64,000 nucleotides of DNA from Gammaproteobacteria bacterium (GTDB lineage: Bacteria > Pseudomonadota > Gammaproteobacteria > Pseudomonadales > PIVM01), in NCBI GenBank assembly GCA_003353945.1, contig PIVM01000007.1, positions 5,127 to 69,126 on the forward strand, in the 5' to 3' direction. How positions within the stretch are numbered: position 1 is the first letter of the stretch; every line of letters begins with the position of its first letter. Of the stretch, positions 9,999-19,909 are shown piece by piece. The translations under genes and the position numbers were made by a program. A model generated the notes under the pieces. That model was not told the DNA's origin and made no database searches. It worked only from the letters and a program-made list of their open reading frames with translations.

Positions 9999-12854
9999 CT
10001 ATTGAAGTTTAGCGGACACCGTTCCAGACCATAATTCCGAATAAGGCATAGGTCTGGCCAAATGGAATCCTTGTGCGTAATCGACACCCAGTTGTTTCAA
10101 GACCACCATAATCTCCTCGTTATCAACAAATTCTGCGACCGTCATCTGCCCGAACTGCCTGGCAATATTAACTAATGCCTGCACGAGAATACGATCTTCT
10201 TTATCTACATGGAGACGAGAGATAAAAGAACCGTCAATCTTGAGAAAATCAACTGGCAGCCTCTTTAGATAATGCAATGAGGAAAATCCAACACCAAAAT
10301 CATCTAACGCAAAACGACAACCTATCGCCCTTATTTCGTTTATCACCTCAACAGCTGACTCAACATCTGCAACTGCTGCCGTTTCTGTAATTTCAAAAAT
10401 AATATCTTCAGGATCAATATCATATTTCTCCAGGCAGCTTCGAATATGAGAAATCAGATTATCATTACGAAAAGATAAACCCGAGAGGTTGATAGTGAAT
10501 TTTACCTGTACGCCTTTGTCAATCAACTGTGATTGATACAACATGACTTTGCTAATAATTTTCTCATCCATACTTTGCATCAACCCCCCTCTTTCGGCCG
10601 CAGAAATAAACTCATAAGGGGGCGCCATCTGTCCTTCTTCATCTGGCACACGCAATAGTGCTTCATAGTGCACTATTTCGTTATTAGACACACATACGAT
10701 GGGCTGAAAATACACATCAAAGGATTCATCGCTAATAATCTGTTTAACCTGCTCATTCCAATAAACACGCTCATGAATACGCTCCTTACCGTGTTGATCT
10801 TCATTGAAGATGCTCCACGTATTTCTCCCAGCAGCTTTAGCCTGATACATGGCAATATCTGCATGAGCCAACAATTCCGTTGGGTCTGCTCCGTGTTCAG
10901 GGAACATGGCTACGCCAATACTGGCAGATATGCGATGAACCCGATTAATACCTGGCACCGCAATTTTTATCAAAGCCCGACAAAACCTATCTGCCGTTTC
11001 TCCTGCCGAGTACTCATTCGCTTCCTGTAATATAATGGCAAACTCATCACCCCCGAGGCGAGCGACAACATCAGCTTCTCTGGCTGTTTCCTGCAATGAT
11101 TCAGCCACTCGTTTTAACAGCTCATCTCCAACTTGGTGACCACTAGTATCATTAACGTCCTTAAACTCATCCAGATCAAAAAACAATAGAGCTCCCGCAT
11201 GACCATAACGCTGGGAAGCCACCATAATATGATCTAGCTCATCCTCAAAGCGACGACGATTCAACAAACCAGTTAAAGGATCGTGATTAGCCAACCATCC
11301 CAGATTTTCTTCCGCAATACGCCGCTCACTGATATCAATTGCAACCGTTAAAATATGATGCTCTCCATCATCACGATCCGGCAGTCGGGAATGAAACCAA
11401 GACATAAACCGTGACTCACCTTGTTGATTTGCAATTATTGATTCATGATGAAAATCTTCGACATCTCCTTTCAACAACAACTTTAATTTGCCTGCAATCT
11501 CCTCTGTATCCTGCTCTCCCTCTAACAAATTGACAAATTGACTACCAACAACATCCTCGACCTTTGCACCGATCAACTTCTCACCATGATGATTAATCAT
11601 CAAAACTTCGCCCTTGCTGTCCTGAGTCAATATCAAGGCATGCGCAGTATTAAGTAACCCCATGACAAAATTTTTCTCTGTCTCCAGCTCAACACCACGA
11701 GCCTCCAACTGCACTGCCCTATTATTCAACAGGGAATGCAACGCTTCCAACTGGTAGGACAAATTGAGCGATGTTGCCTTTAAAATATCACTCTCATCAG
11801 TGACCAATGCTTCCTTATCAAAATCACGAAAACTGGCCCGGGCTTGATCAAAATTGTTTTCTGCCAACATAGGTAACACATCCACAACACGTTGTAGCTG
11901 CGTGGTTGGTTTCCACAAAATCGCCAATAAAATAAGTTCACTCACCAGCAGACCAAATATTGCACCCAGTAGTGTATTTCGAAATATGCGATTCGCCCCT
12001 TCTATATCCGCAGTTACATTACTGACAATTATGATGCGGCTATCATCACCTGTTTCATCCCGGCTAATGGGCAGCATGGAAATCTCGTATGTATTGGGAT
12101 TGCGAGTGAATAACACATGCGTCTTGGGAGCAATTAATGATGGATGCTCTACTGCAAAATCGTTAAGTAACGGAGTATTCTTTTTCGCATCCGTCATTGC
12201 GATCAACTTTCGCTGCCAAAAAGACTTCTCCGATACAACCCTCGATGTACGCGGCACATCCACCAACACACCAATATCCGATCCCGTTATGGAATGAAAA
12301 TTTAATATTACATCAGTAAAGGAAGTGCTAAACACAACTACTGTATGAAACTGGCCATCCACCAACAAAGGCAAAGCCGCTAAAATCTGGCAACTTTGTT
12401 CACATCTGACCTGCCATTGCGGGCTTTCTGTTTCAATCGTTTTTTTGACCAAGCCCGATTCATTAACCGGCATACCCCATCGCACTAACAAGTCACCATT
12501 GTCAATATAAAATGCGGCTGAATCTACTGCACTATCTATTTCAAACTTCCACCAATGATTCTCAAAAGCATCCCTAATCTGCTGTAAATCATTTGTACTA
12601 AGTGCAGCACCCATACCTTCCATATTGACAACCGTGCCTGCCAACTGGTGCAACTGCTGCGCAGACTGTTCAACCAACACTCGAAGCTCATTACTATACT
12701 GCTGATTAGCAGTATCCCGCTTAACTTGAAATTGCCGATCAATATAGGCCTTTCCGGATAATAAATAGACAACCGTGAGCAACACAAACAAAAAGCTGGA
12801 TAAGTACAACGCCTTCCATTTCAGACTTAAAAATCGCTTCGGTTTCTGGTTCAT
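9999..12854 (-). CDS. Membrane sensor with periplasmic domain, PAS, GGDEF and EAL domains (c-di-GMP synthase/phosphodiesterase)
   Basis: 951 aa. An N-terminal TM segment and a second TM (LLGAIFGLLVSELILLAILW) flank a periplasmic region of about 270 aa. Motifs RLGGDEFAI (GGDEF) and HYEALLRV (EAL) are present. Confidence 0.9.
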   Translation of the reverse strand: MNQKPKRFLSLKWKALYLSSFLFVLLTVVYLLSGKAYIDRQFQVKRDTANQQYSNELRVLVEQSAQQLHQLAGTVVNMEGMGAALSTNDLQQIRDAFENHWWKFEIDSAVDSAAFYIDNGDLLVRWGMPVNESGLVKKTIETESPQWQVRCEQSCQILAALPLLVDGQFHTVVVFSTSFTDVILNFHSITGSDIGVLVDVPRTSRVVSEKSFWQRKLIAMTDAKKNTPLLNDFAVEHPSLIAPKTHVLFTRNPNTYEISMLPISRDETGDDSRIIIVSNVTADIEGANRIFRNTLLGAIFGLLVSELILLAILWKPTTQLQRVVDVLPMLAENNFDQARASFRDFDKEALVTDESDILKATSLNLSYQLEALHSLLNNRAVQLEARGVELETEKNFVMGLLNTAHALILTQDSKGEVLMINHHGEKLIGAKVEDVVGSQFVNLLEGEQDTEEIAGKLKLLLKGDVEDFHHESIIANQQGESRFMSWFHSRLPDRDDGEHHILTVAIDISERRIAEENLGWLANHDPLTGLLNRRRFEDELDHIMVASQRYGHAGALLFFDLDEFKDVNDTSGHQVGDELLKRVAESLQETAREADVVARLGGDEFAIILQEANEYSAGETADRFCRALIKIAVPGINRVHRISASIGVAMFPEHGADPTELLAHADIAMYQAKAAGRNTWSIFNEDQHGKERIHERVYWNEQVKQIISDESFDVYFQPIVCVSNNEIVHYEALLRVPDEEGQMAPPYEFISAAERGGLMQSMDEKIISKVMLYQSQLIDKGVQVKFTINLSGLSFRNDNLISHIRSCLEKYDIDPEDIIFEITETAAVADVESAVEVINEIRAIGCRFALDDFGVGFSSLHYLKRLPVDFLKIDGSFISRLHVDKEDRILVQALVNIARQFGQMTVAEFVDNEEIMVVLKQLGVDYAQGFHLARPMPYSELWSGTVSAKLQ

Positions 12855-12901
12855 TTTTCCACTAATAATCTTCTACTAGCGAACAATATGACTTAAATTT
12901 A

Positions 12902-13357
12902 TCATTTATCAATCACCAATTTTTTTACACCCTGTCCCTGTTTTAGCTCGGACACATATCCAATCGCCCCCGGTGTGGTCGCGATCAGGTTAAGCATTTC
13001 CTCTTCATTTGCAACTTCTGTTGGCGCAGCCCCACGGCCAGAATAGACCAACCTATCCCAACCTGTTTGCAGTTGATGCGGAAATAAGCGCAAAATTTCT
13101 TTGCAAAAACCGGCATGTGTCGAATTGCTGGCTTTAAGCACAAACACCGCGATAGGCATGGAATCGTGCCAACGTTTTCGCTTCATCGTATAGATAGCCC
13201 GCAATTCACGGATGCTGATTTGATCCACAGGCACCGCCGAATTAGCAATAAGCTCTACCCCAAACGCTGATGTTGGCCTAAGAGCTAGAGCAAGCAATAC
13301 AATAACAGCGGTCGCCACCGATATAGCAAGCTGCTTTATTGTTAGTCGTTTATACAA
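12902..13357 (-). CDS. Small periplasmic PBP-like (PstS/PBP_like_2-type, half-size) protein, paralog 1
   Basis: 151 aa with a signal peptide. ELRAIYTMKRKRW..PIAVFVL..LFPHQLQTGWDRLVYSG..TPGAIGYV resembles one lobe of phosphate-binding-protein-like domains. Paralogous to 14789-15214. Confidence 0.6.
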   Translation of the reverse strand: MYKRLTIKQLAISVATAVIVLLALALRPTSAFGVELIANSAVPVDQISIRELRAIYTMKRKRWHDSMPIAVFVLKASNSTHAGFCKEILRLFPHQLQTGWDRLVYSGRGAAPTEVANEEEMLNLIATTPGAIGYVSELKQGQGVKKLVIDK

Positions 13358-13434
13358 AATGGGGAAATACCCTTTTATCTATTTAGTTCTTTTGCTTTGA
13401 GTCAATTCGATAAATACACCCTCTTCGCTATTCG

Positions 13435-14820
13435 TCAAAAACGATAGGATACCTGTGTAGCAATCATATTCCAGTAACGCGACGAATCATCGCGATCAGG
13501 ATTATCCGCTGATGTCACCCAGCCTGTACCGTCAATATAGTGCCATTCAAAACGGACCAACCAATCAGGATTAATATACCAACCTGTTCCAATGGTTAAG
13601 TCCTTTGCGTAATAAGCATGGTTTGGATATAAAACAAAATTAAACTTAAAATCTTCCGCCAGTTTCTTGCCATTCTTCTTGTCTTCGTCAAAGTGAAAAA
13701 CGTCATAGCGTAATAGAATATCCCAACTAGCTCCTGCCCGATAAATCGTTTGGAAATAGTAAGCCAATGAATCGACTTTCTGATCGAAATTCAAGCTTGT
13801 CAAATTGGCAAACTCTGCTGGTAATGAAGTAGCTAAATCAGGATCATCCAACGCAAAAGGCTCTGCACTACCAAAAGCCAAAAACACGTCTGAAGAATCC
13901 TGATTCATATCAATATCGACATCCACAAACGTCCTGGACAATTCAGCAACAAAAGACCAGCGTTCAGTATTATATTCGGCAGATAATACAAAGCGTTGGT
14001 TATTAAGTTTGAAATTTCTAAACAGGTTTTCGATGGTTAAATCATTAGCCTTGAAGGGTGTTCCTGGTATCCCGATCTGCGGAAACTTGATCCGGTCGTT
14101 AAAAATCTCATCAAAATTCTTATCTTCCAAAAACAGCCCAAGGCGAAATTTGCCTGCATCATAATCGTAAATTAGCCCGGCACTCCAGGAATCCTTGCTC
14201 TTTGTCTCGTCAATACCCGGAATCGGAGAAACATCGACAAATTCGTCTTCATCCACATTGGGACGATGATAACCGAGATGCCATGATAGGGTATCCAGAT
14301 TAAAACGGTGTTCTCCCCGAAGATGAATACCATCCTGAAAGTAATAGCTGTTACGTACCCGATCAGTGTAAATGGACTGTGCAATAAAAATACCTGGCCG
14401 GGTAAAAGGCACGTCTCGTGTCTCGTTATACCAACCATAAGATGATTTGAGTCGCCCTGCTCGCACCCCCACCGTGTGATCGTAACTATTAAGGAAGTTA
14501 TAGTTAACTAGCAGGTGGTCGACCTTAAGTGAACCATCGGAGTTATGCCCTGCTTTACGAGATAGAACTAGCGTGGAAAAATGAGTGTTTTCCCATACAG
14601 ACACACTTAAAACCGCACCAACCTCTCGATAATCAAGACTGACATCATCATCACTGTTACCAAAATAGTTATTATCACTAGTGTGAATAGCCGCCTGGGA
14701 AACAAATCCACTAAACCGCAATTCTTCGGCTAATTCCACCGAATAGGCTAGTGGCTGCCACAGCAACAATAGCGCGAATACACTACGACTAACGCCGTCT
14801 AATAATATTGAGATTTTCAT
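13435..14820 (-). CDS. Putative outer-membrane beta-barrel (porin-like) protein
   Basis: 461 aa with a signal peptide. Rich in Y/G/N/D with an alternating pattern. The C-terminal ..ATQVSYRF ends in an aromatic residue, as is typical of OM barrels. Confidence 0.6.
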   Translation of the reverse strand: MKISILLDGVSRSVFALLLLWQPLAYSVELAEELRFSGFVSQAAIHTSDNNYFGNSDDDVSLDYREVGAVLSVSVWENTHFSTLVLSRKAGHNSDGSLKVDHLLVNYNFLNSYDHTVGVRAGRLKSSYGWYNETRDVPFTRPGIFIAQSIYTDRVRNSYYFQDGIHLRGEHRFNLDTLSWHLGYHRPNVDEDEFVDVSPIPGIDETKSKDSWSAGLIYDYDAGKFRLGLFLEDKNFDEIFNDRIKFPQIGIPGTPFKANDLTIENLFRNFKLNNQRFVLSAEYNTERWSFVAELSRTFVDVDIDMNQDSSDVFLAFGSAEPFALDDPDLATSLPAEFANLTSLNFDQKVDSLAYYFQTIYRAGASWDILLRYDVFHFDEDKKNGKKLAEDFKFNFVLYPNHAYYAKDLTIGTGWYINPDWLVRFEWHYIDGTGWVTSADNPDRDDSSRYWNMIATQVSYRF

Positions 14821-15214
14821 GTTTTATGCTCTTATCTATATAACCAATAGCACCAGGAGTTACTGTCAGCAAATACTGCATTTCCTCCTCAGACTTTACC
14901 ACTGTCGGTGCCTTACCCGTTCCTGAATAGACCAGCCGGTCCCACGCTGTCTGTAATTGATGCGGAAATAATTTCAGCACTTTTTTACTAAATTCCTTGT
15001 GGAGAGGATGTCCACTGGGTAATACAAACACGGTGATAGGTGTAGAGTCTGACCAGTGAGTCAAACGCATACTAAAAATGGCTCGAAGTTCTGTAACTGA
15101 TAATCGACTCTTATTCACCGCAGGGTGGCTGGCTATTTCTAAAGCCATAGAGCTGGCTGGCGGCAGCCAGACCAACGTCAGGACGAGTAACAGCAGATAT
15201 AACCTATGTCGCAT
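14789..15214 (-). CDS. Small periplasmic PBP-like protein, paralog 2
   Basis: 141 aa with a signal peptide. ELRAIFSMRLTHW..PITVFVL..LFPHQLQTAWDRLVYSG..TPGAIGYI is collinear with 12902-13357. The two genes also share an identical DNA stretch, ttgatgcggaaataa. Confidence 0.6.
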   Translation of the reverse strand: MRHRLYLLLLVLTLVWLPPASSMALEIASHPAVNKSRLSVTELRAIFSMRLTHWSDSTPITVFVLPSGHPLHKEFSKKVLKLFPHQLQTAWDRLVYSGTGKAPTVVKSEEEMQYLLTVTPGAIGYIDKSIKHENLNIIRRR

Positions 15215-15613
15215 TGTTTGTTGTCGTAATCGTATTACAGCAATCGTATGGAACGGCGTGCAAATTCAACCATTTCCCTGACTGACGCACAATTGTTCTC
15301 ATCCGACAATTTATCACTTTAGCATCAGAAAGTCGGCATTTTCATCCCATACAAGTTGTTATCTAGACGGCCAGTTGTAGTGGTTCTAACCGCTAAGTAT
15401 AGACCTACCCATGAGTTTCGCCCGCCACCACTACAAATTTTAAACAATTGATTAAAAAAACAATTTGCAATATATGAAAAGGAAAATGTTACCAAGACCA
15501 ACAAACAAAGCAAAAGTCCACAGAAAATAGCAGAGAATTATAGTCAAACTTCTTTAAAGTAAAAACTATTCAGTGGAAAACAATGTTTGTTCGAATATCT
15601 GAAAGCCAAAATA

Positions 15614-16297
15614 TCAGACTCCTTCATCATCACTTTCAGTATCACTCTGTATCGACAAAAGCGTTTTTCGATCATCATTCTCCCACACAGATCGAATAAG
15701 AGTGCTGATAAACGCCGCTTGCTTATCGGCAGATTCATCAGTAAAAGGGTCTAATCCCAGAATATCCTCATAGAGCGGCGCCATCGTCACGTATCCCATT
15801 ACCACATTATTAAAACCCATGATAACCCACGGCAGTAACTCACGTTGATGTGTAAATATGGCTGCTTCGCCATTAGGGTTTGACATAACCCCTTCAATCA
15901 AGGGCATAAAGAGGTGTTTAATAAACTCCTGTGTATGCGGGCTGTGTGACAAGGCTGCATGCTGTAGAAGTCGTGCCAAATTGGGGTTTTCGATATACAG
16001 TTTGGTTAATTTTTCCTGCCACGAGAGAATATTCTCTCGTGTGAGTTCTCGCTCCATTAATTCATTCAAGGGTTGGTTGAATTTACGGAATAAGCGGTCC
16101 AGCACAGCCAGATATAAAGCTTCCTTGTTCTTAAAATGATTATAGAGACTAGGAGATCGAATCCCTACCTGATCAGCCACCTCTCCCAGGGAAGTCGCTT
16201 CAAAACCTTTTTCCGCAAAGAGATTCTCCGCAGCATCCAGCACTCTTTCAGCGGTAGACTTCATTCGCTCACTCCCAATATCCTGTTTTATCATCAT
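15614..16297 (-). CDS. TetR/AcrR family transcriptional regulator
   Basis: The N-terminal HTH ERVLDAAENLFAEKGFEATSLGEVADQVGIRSPSLYNHFKNKEALY is the canonical TetR_N domain. The true start may be the internal MKSTAERV. Confidence 0.8.
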   Translation of the reverse strand: MMIKQDIGSERMKSTAERVLDAAENLFAEKGFEATSLGEVADQVGIRSPSLYNHFKNKEALYLAVLDRLFRKFNQPLNELMERELTRENILSWQEKLTKLYIENPNLARLLQHAALSHSPHTQEFIKHLFMPLIEGVMSNPNGEAAIFTHQRELLPWVIMGFNNVVMGYVTMAPLYEDILGLDPFTDESADKQAAFISTLIRSVWENDDRKTLLSIQSDTESDDEGV

Positions 16298-16790
16298 TTT
16301 TTATTCTACTACCCCATCAATTCCCATCAATTCTAATCGGCTAAAAACCACAGGTAGCGGGATACGCAGCCGGTCATTATAAGGGAAAAGCCATTTTCTA
16401 ACCTCCCTCATTTGTATCAAACTAAAGCCCTTTGCCAAACCCCATATTTATACTGTGCACCGCACCAAACTTAACCAAAAGGATATAAACAGTCTAAAAT
16501 CAACAAAACAGATCACACTTATGGTATGCAGCTAAATAGAGAATCTTGACAGATGGATCAGTGTAACTTACTGTTTACATTAGTTATTGCCTAGCCTATT
16601 TAGCTAACCATACAACGAGTTCGACTACTAAGCAACAAAACAGCTACTTCTTCCACCTCAGCAAACTCGACTGTAGAAAGGGGAAAATATGAACCCAAGC
16701 AATTGCACATACCCTCACGAAATGCAATGACATGTAATTGTACGCACTTCCATTGCAGCATCGTACACCAAAAGGCTTTTAAGCATCATA

Positions 16791-18473
16791 ATGACGACTG
16801 ATCATCTGAAATACGAAAGCAGCGGCGCTTTATCCTCTGCTCCGCAACAAGCACAGTCCATTCTCAAAATCTATGCTTACTACCGCATGGCATTGTCTCT
16901 GATAATGATAATGCTGTTTTTCGGAGATTACTCCTGGAAAGTAGCAGGGACATTTAACCCTCATCTCTATTTTGTTACCTGCCTGTGCTACGGCGGTCTG
17001 AATCTAGCTTCCTTATGTTACTTCATCAGAAAACAATTCAACTCTAACAAGCAGCAACAACTATTTATTTTCGTGGTGGATATCATCGCTATCGTCATGA
17101 TTATCCATACGAGTGGCGGTATTGATACTGGCCTGGGAGCATTGTTGGCCATTACCGTTGCAGCCGCAGGCATCTTTTTCGAAAGTATTCTGGCCTTTCT
17201 TGTAGCTGCACTCGCCACAGTCGGGCTCATTCTGCAAAACAGCTACATCAGCTATCTTGAACCCAATCACATCAGGGAATTTTTCGGCGCCGGCCTTCTG
17301 GGTATTTTGTTTTTTGCCACTTCCGCCGCAATGCAGTTACTGACAAAAAGAATACGCAGCAGTCAACTATTGGCTGAAAGCAAAACAGCCGATGCAGCAG
17401 ACTTACAAAGACTCAATGAACTCATTGTACAAAGAATGCAAACCGGCATCATTGTAGTCGGTGAAAACAGCCAGGTACAAATGATGAACAGGGCGGCTGG
17501 ACGAATGCTGGCCATACCTGTAAACACTGCAGAACCAATCCCTATGCGGGACATCAATGTCAGCCTTGCCGAGCAAATATCACATTGGACCGCCGACCCC
17601 AATATGCGCCCAAAGCCTTTCCAAGCGACAGAAAATGCACCCGTAATACAGGCCAACTTTGCCCCTCTGCAACGATCAGCCACTCGCCGCAATCAAACCC
17701 TGATTTTTCTTGAAGACACCAGCAAATTGACTCAACAGGCTCAACAAATCAAGCTCGCTTCCCTTGGCAGATTAACCGCCAGTATCGCCCATGAAATTCG
17801 CAATCCTCTTGGCGCCATCAGTCATGCAGCTCAGTTAATGCAGGAATCTGATCAACTGTGTACTGCAGACCTCAAGCTCGCCAGCATTGTTCAAAAGCAC
17901 TCTCGACGAATGAACCAGATTATCGAAAATGTGTTACAACTTTCCCGTCGACGACCCGCACATCCCGAGAAACTCTCCGCCCCTGACTGGCTGCAGCAAT
18001 TTGTTGAGGAATACTGCTCCCACCACCCTGGTGATACAGAAATTCGCCTCGATCTACATACAGATGTCAGTACTTTGCCCTTTGATCCAAGCCAACTTCA
18101 GCAAGTACTTACCAACCTATGCCAAAATGGTTTACGCTATAGCCAACAGGCCACTGGAAACGCCAGCTTATTGTTAAAAACCCACCCTGACGAGAAAACC
18201 TCACTCCCTTGCCTGGATATTATCGATGACGGCAAAGGAATCAGCGATGAAGCCAGAGAAAAGATTTTTGAACCATTTTATACTACTGAAAGTACTGGCA
18301 CAGGTTTGGGGCTGTATATCTGCCGTGAGTTATGCGAAGCTAATCAAAGTCGCCTTGATTATTTTACACAAAACGGAAAAAGTTGTTTTCGCCTAAGCTT
18401 CTCTCACCCGGACAAAAATATAGCCTCTATAATCAATGATGAAAACGAATCAAATAATTCAACAATACTATGA
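16791..18473 (+). CDS. pilS: Type IV pilus sensor histidine kinase PilS
   Basis: 560 aa with a polytopic N-terminus. H-box SIAHEIRNPLGAISH and HATPase G-boxes (DDGKGI, GTGLGL). Its stop overlaps the pilR start in an ATGA junction. Confidence 0.85.
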   Translation: MTTDHLKYESSGALSSAPQQAQSILKIYAYYRMALSLIMIMLFFGDYSWKVAGTFNPHLYFVTCLCYGGLNLASLCYFIRKQFNSNKQQQLFIFVVDIIAIVMIIHTSGGIDTGLGALLAITVAAAGIFFESILAFLVAALATVGLILQNSYISYLEPNHIREFFGAGLLGILFFATSAAMQLLTKRIRSSQLLAESKTADAADLQRLNELIVQRMQTGIIVVGENSQVQMMNRAAGRMLAIPVNTAEPIPMRDINVSLAEQISHWTADPNMRPKPFQATENAPVIQANFAPLQRSATRRNQTLIFLEDTSKLTQQAQQIKLASLGRLTASIAHEIRNPLGAISHAAQLMQESDQLCTADLKLASIVQKHSRRMNQIIENVLQLSRRRPAHPEKLSAPDWLQQFVEEYCSHHPGDTEIRLDLHTDVSTLPFDPSQLQQVLTNLCQNGLRYSQQATGNASLLLKTHPDEKTSLPCLDIIDDGKGISDEAREKIFEPFYTTESTGTGLGLYICRELCEANQSRLDYFTQNGKSCFRLSFSHPDKNIASIINDENESNNSTIL

Positions 18474-19852
18474 CTGAAAACCCTATTGCTCTGATCGTGG
18501 ACGATGAACCTGACATCAGGGAACTACTCGAAATTACGCTGGGTCGCATGTCAATCGACACCCGTTGCGCACCCGATATTCAAACCGCCAAATCGCTGCT
18601 TTCAGCTCAAAAGCCCTATTTTAATCTTTGCCTGACGGACATGAATCTACCCGATGGCAACGGCATAGACCTGGTCAGCCATATTCAGGAAAATTATCCG
18701 CAAACTCCGGTCGCCATGATCACAGCCTATGGCAATATGGAGACAGCGGTAGAAGCTCTTAAGGCTGGCGCCTATGATTTTGTCTCCAAACCCATCGAAC
18801 TTGAACGGCTTCGCAGCCTCGTTGACAACGCACTCAAACTGGAAAAAACCCCGATCAATACAGCTGATTGTCAAAATGAAGTTCGCCTGATCGGTAAGAC
18901 CAGAGCCGTCGAAGCACTGCGTGCACAAATTATCAAACTCGCTCGCAGTCAGGCACCGGTTTTTATCAGTGGCGAATCCGGCAGCGGAAAAGAACTGGTA
19001 GCACGCCTAATTCACGCAAACAGCCCTCGTAACAACGGCCCGTTTATCCCAGTAAACTGCGGCGCCATCCCTTCTGAATTAATGGAAAGTGAATTTTTTG
19101 GTCATCAGAAAGGCAGTTTTACCGGTGCCAGTGGTGATAAAAAAGGCCTGTTTCACGCGGCCGATGGTGGCACCTTATTTCTTGATGAAGTCGCAGATCT
19201 CCCCCTGGCCATGCAAGTCAAATTGCTGCGAGTGATACAGGAAAAGGCTGTGCGTCCAATCGGAGGCCATGAAGAGATCCCCATTGACGCCCGTATTCTA
19301 AGTGCTACGCACAAGACCCTTTCAGCTGAGGTTGAACGTGAACGATTCAGAAGCGACCTGTTTTATCGCATCAATGTTATCGAATTAAAAGTACCCAGTT
19401 TACGTGAGCGCATCGACGACATACCTTTACTTGTAGATAAAATGCTGGACAAGCTGGCCGCAGATTGTGAGACGGAAAAGCCGGAAATTGATGATAATAC
19501 GCTCTCTGAACTGAGTCGCTATCATTTTCCCGGTAATGTTCGAGAACTGGAAAACATCCTCGAACGCGCTTACACGCTGTGTGAAGACAACACTATCAGA
19601 GCACAAGATTTGCAGCTATCCCATCAATCACCAACGCCAGTTTCAACGCAAATCAACGATAACGCTCTTTATCCGACTATTCAAACAGAAGATGCCTTTG
19701 GATCACTGGAAGAGTTTTTGGAGAATATTGAAAAGGAAGCTATCACCAACGCACTGGAACAATCACGCTGGAATAAAACTGCAGCGGCAAAACTATTGGG
19801 CATATCCTTTCGTGCTTTACGCTATCGATTAAAAAAACTTGATCTCGAATAA
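18470..19852 (+). CDS. pilR: Sigma-54-dependent response regulator PilR
   Basis: REC domain (IVDDEPDIRELL), AAA+ Walker A GESGSGKE, a GSFTGA loop (a GAFTGA variant), and a C-terminal Fis-type HTH (AAKLLGISFRALRYRLKK). Confidence 0.9.
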   Translation: MTENPIALIVDDEPDIRELLEITLGRMSIDTRCAPDIQTAKSLLSAQKPYFNLCLTDMNLPDGNGIDLVSHIQENYPQTPVAMITAYGNMETAVEALKAGAYDFVSKPIELERLRSLVDNALKLEKTPINTADCQNEVRLIGKTRAVEALRAQIIKLARSQAPVFISGESGSGKELVARLIHANSPRNNGPFIPVNCGAIPSELMESEFFGHQKGSFTGASGDKKGLFHAADGGTLFLDEVADLPLAMQVKLLRVIQEKAVRPIGGHEEIPIDARILSATHKTLSAEVERERFRSDLFYRINVIELKVPSLRERIDDIPLLVDKMLDKLAADCETEKPEIDDNTLSELSRYHFPGNVRELENILERAYTLCEDNTIRAQDLQLSHQSPTPVSTQINDNALYPTIQTEDAFGSLEEFLENIEKEAITNALEQSRWNKTAAAKLLGISFRALRYRLKKLDLE

Positions 19853-19909
19853 ACACAAGATTACAGTAACCCCAACCAACAAATTGGTTTTATTGACAAG
19901 GAGGTCAAT

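Noticed and set aside
15361-15440. tRNA-like strings (CTTAGCGGTTAGAAC on the minus strand, ..GCCACCA on the plus strand) inside the 9-bp inverted repeat.
   Set aside because: Only about 44 nt separate the putative acceptor arms, which is too short for a tRNA. The D-stem and T-stem cannot be paired and there is no T-loop consensus. It is at most a fragment.
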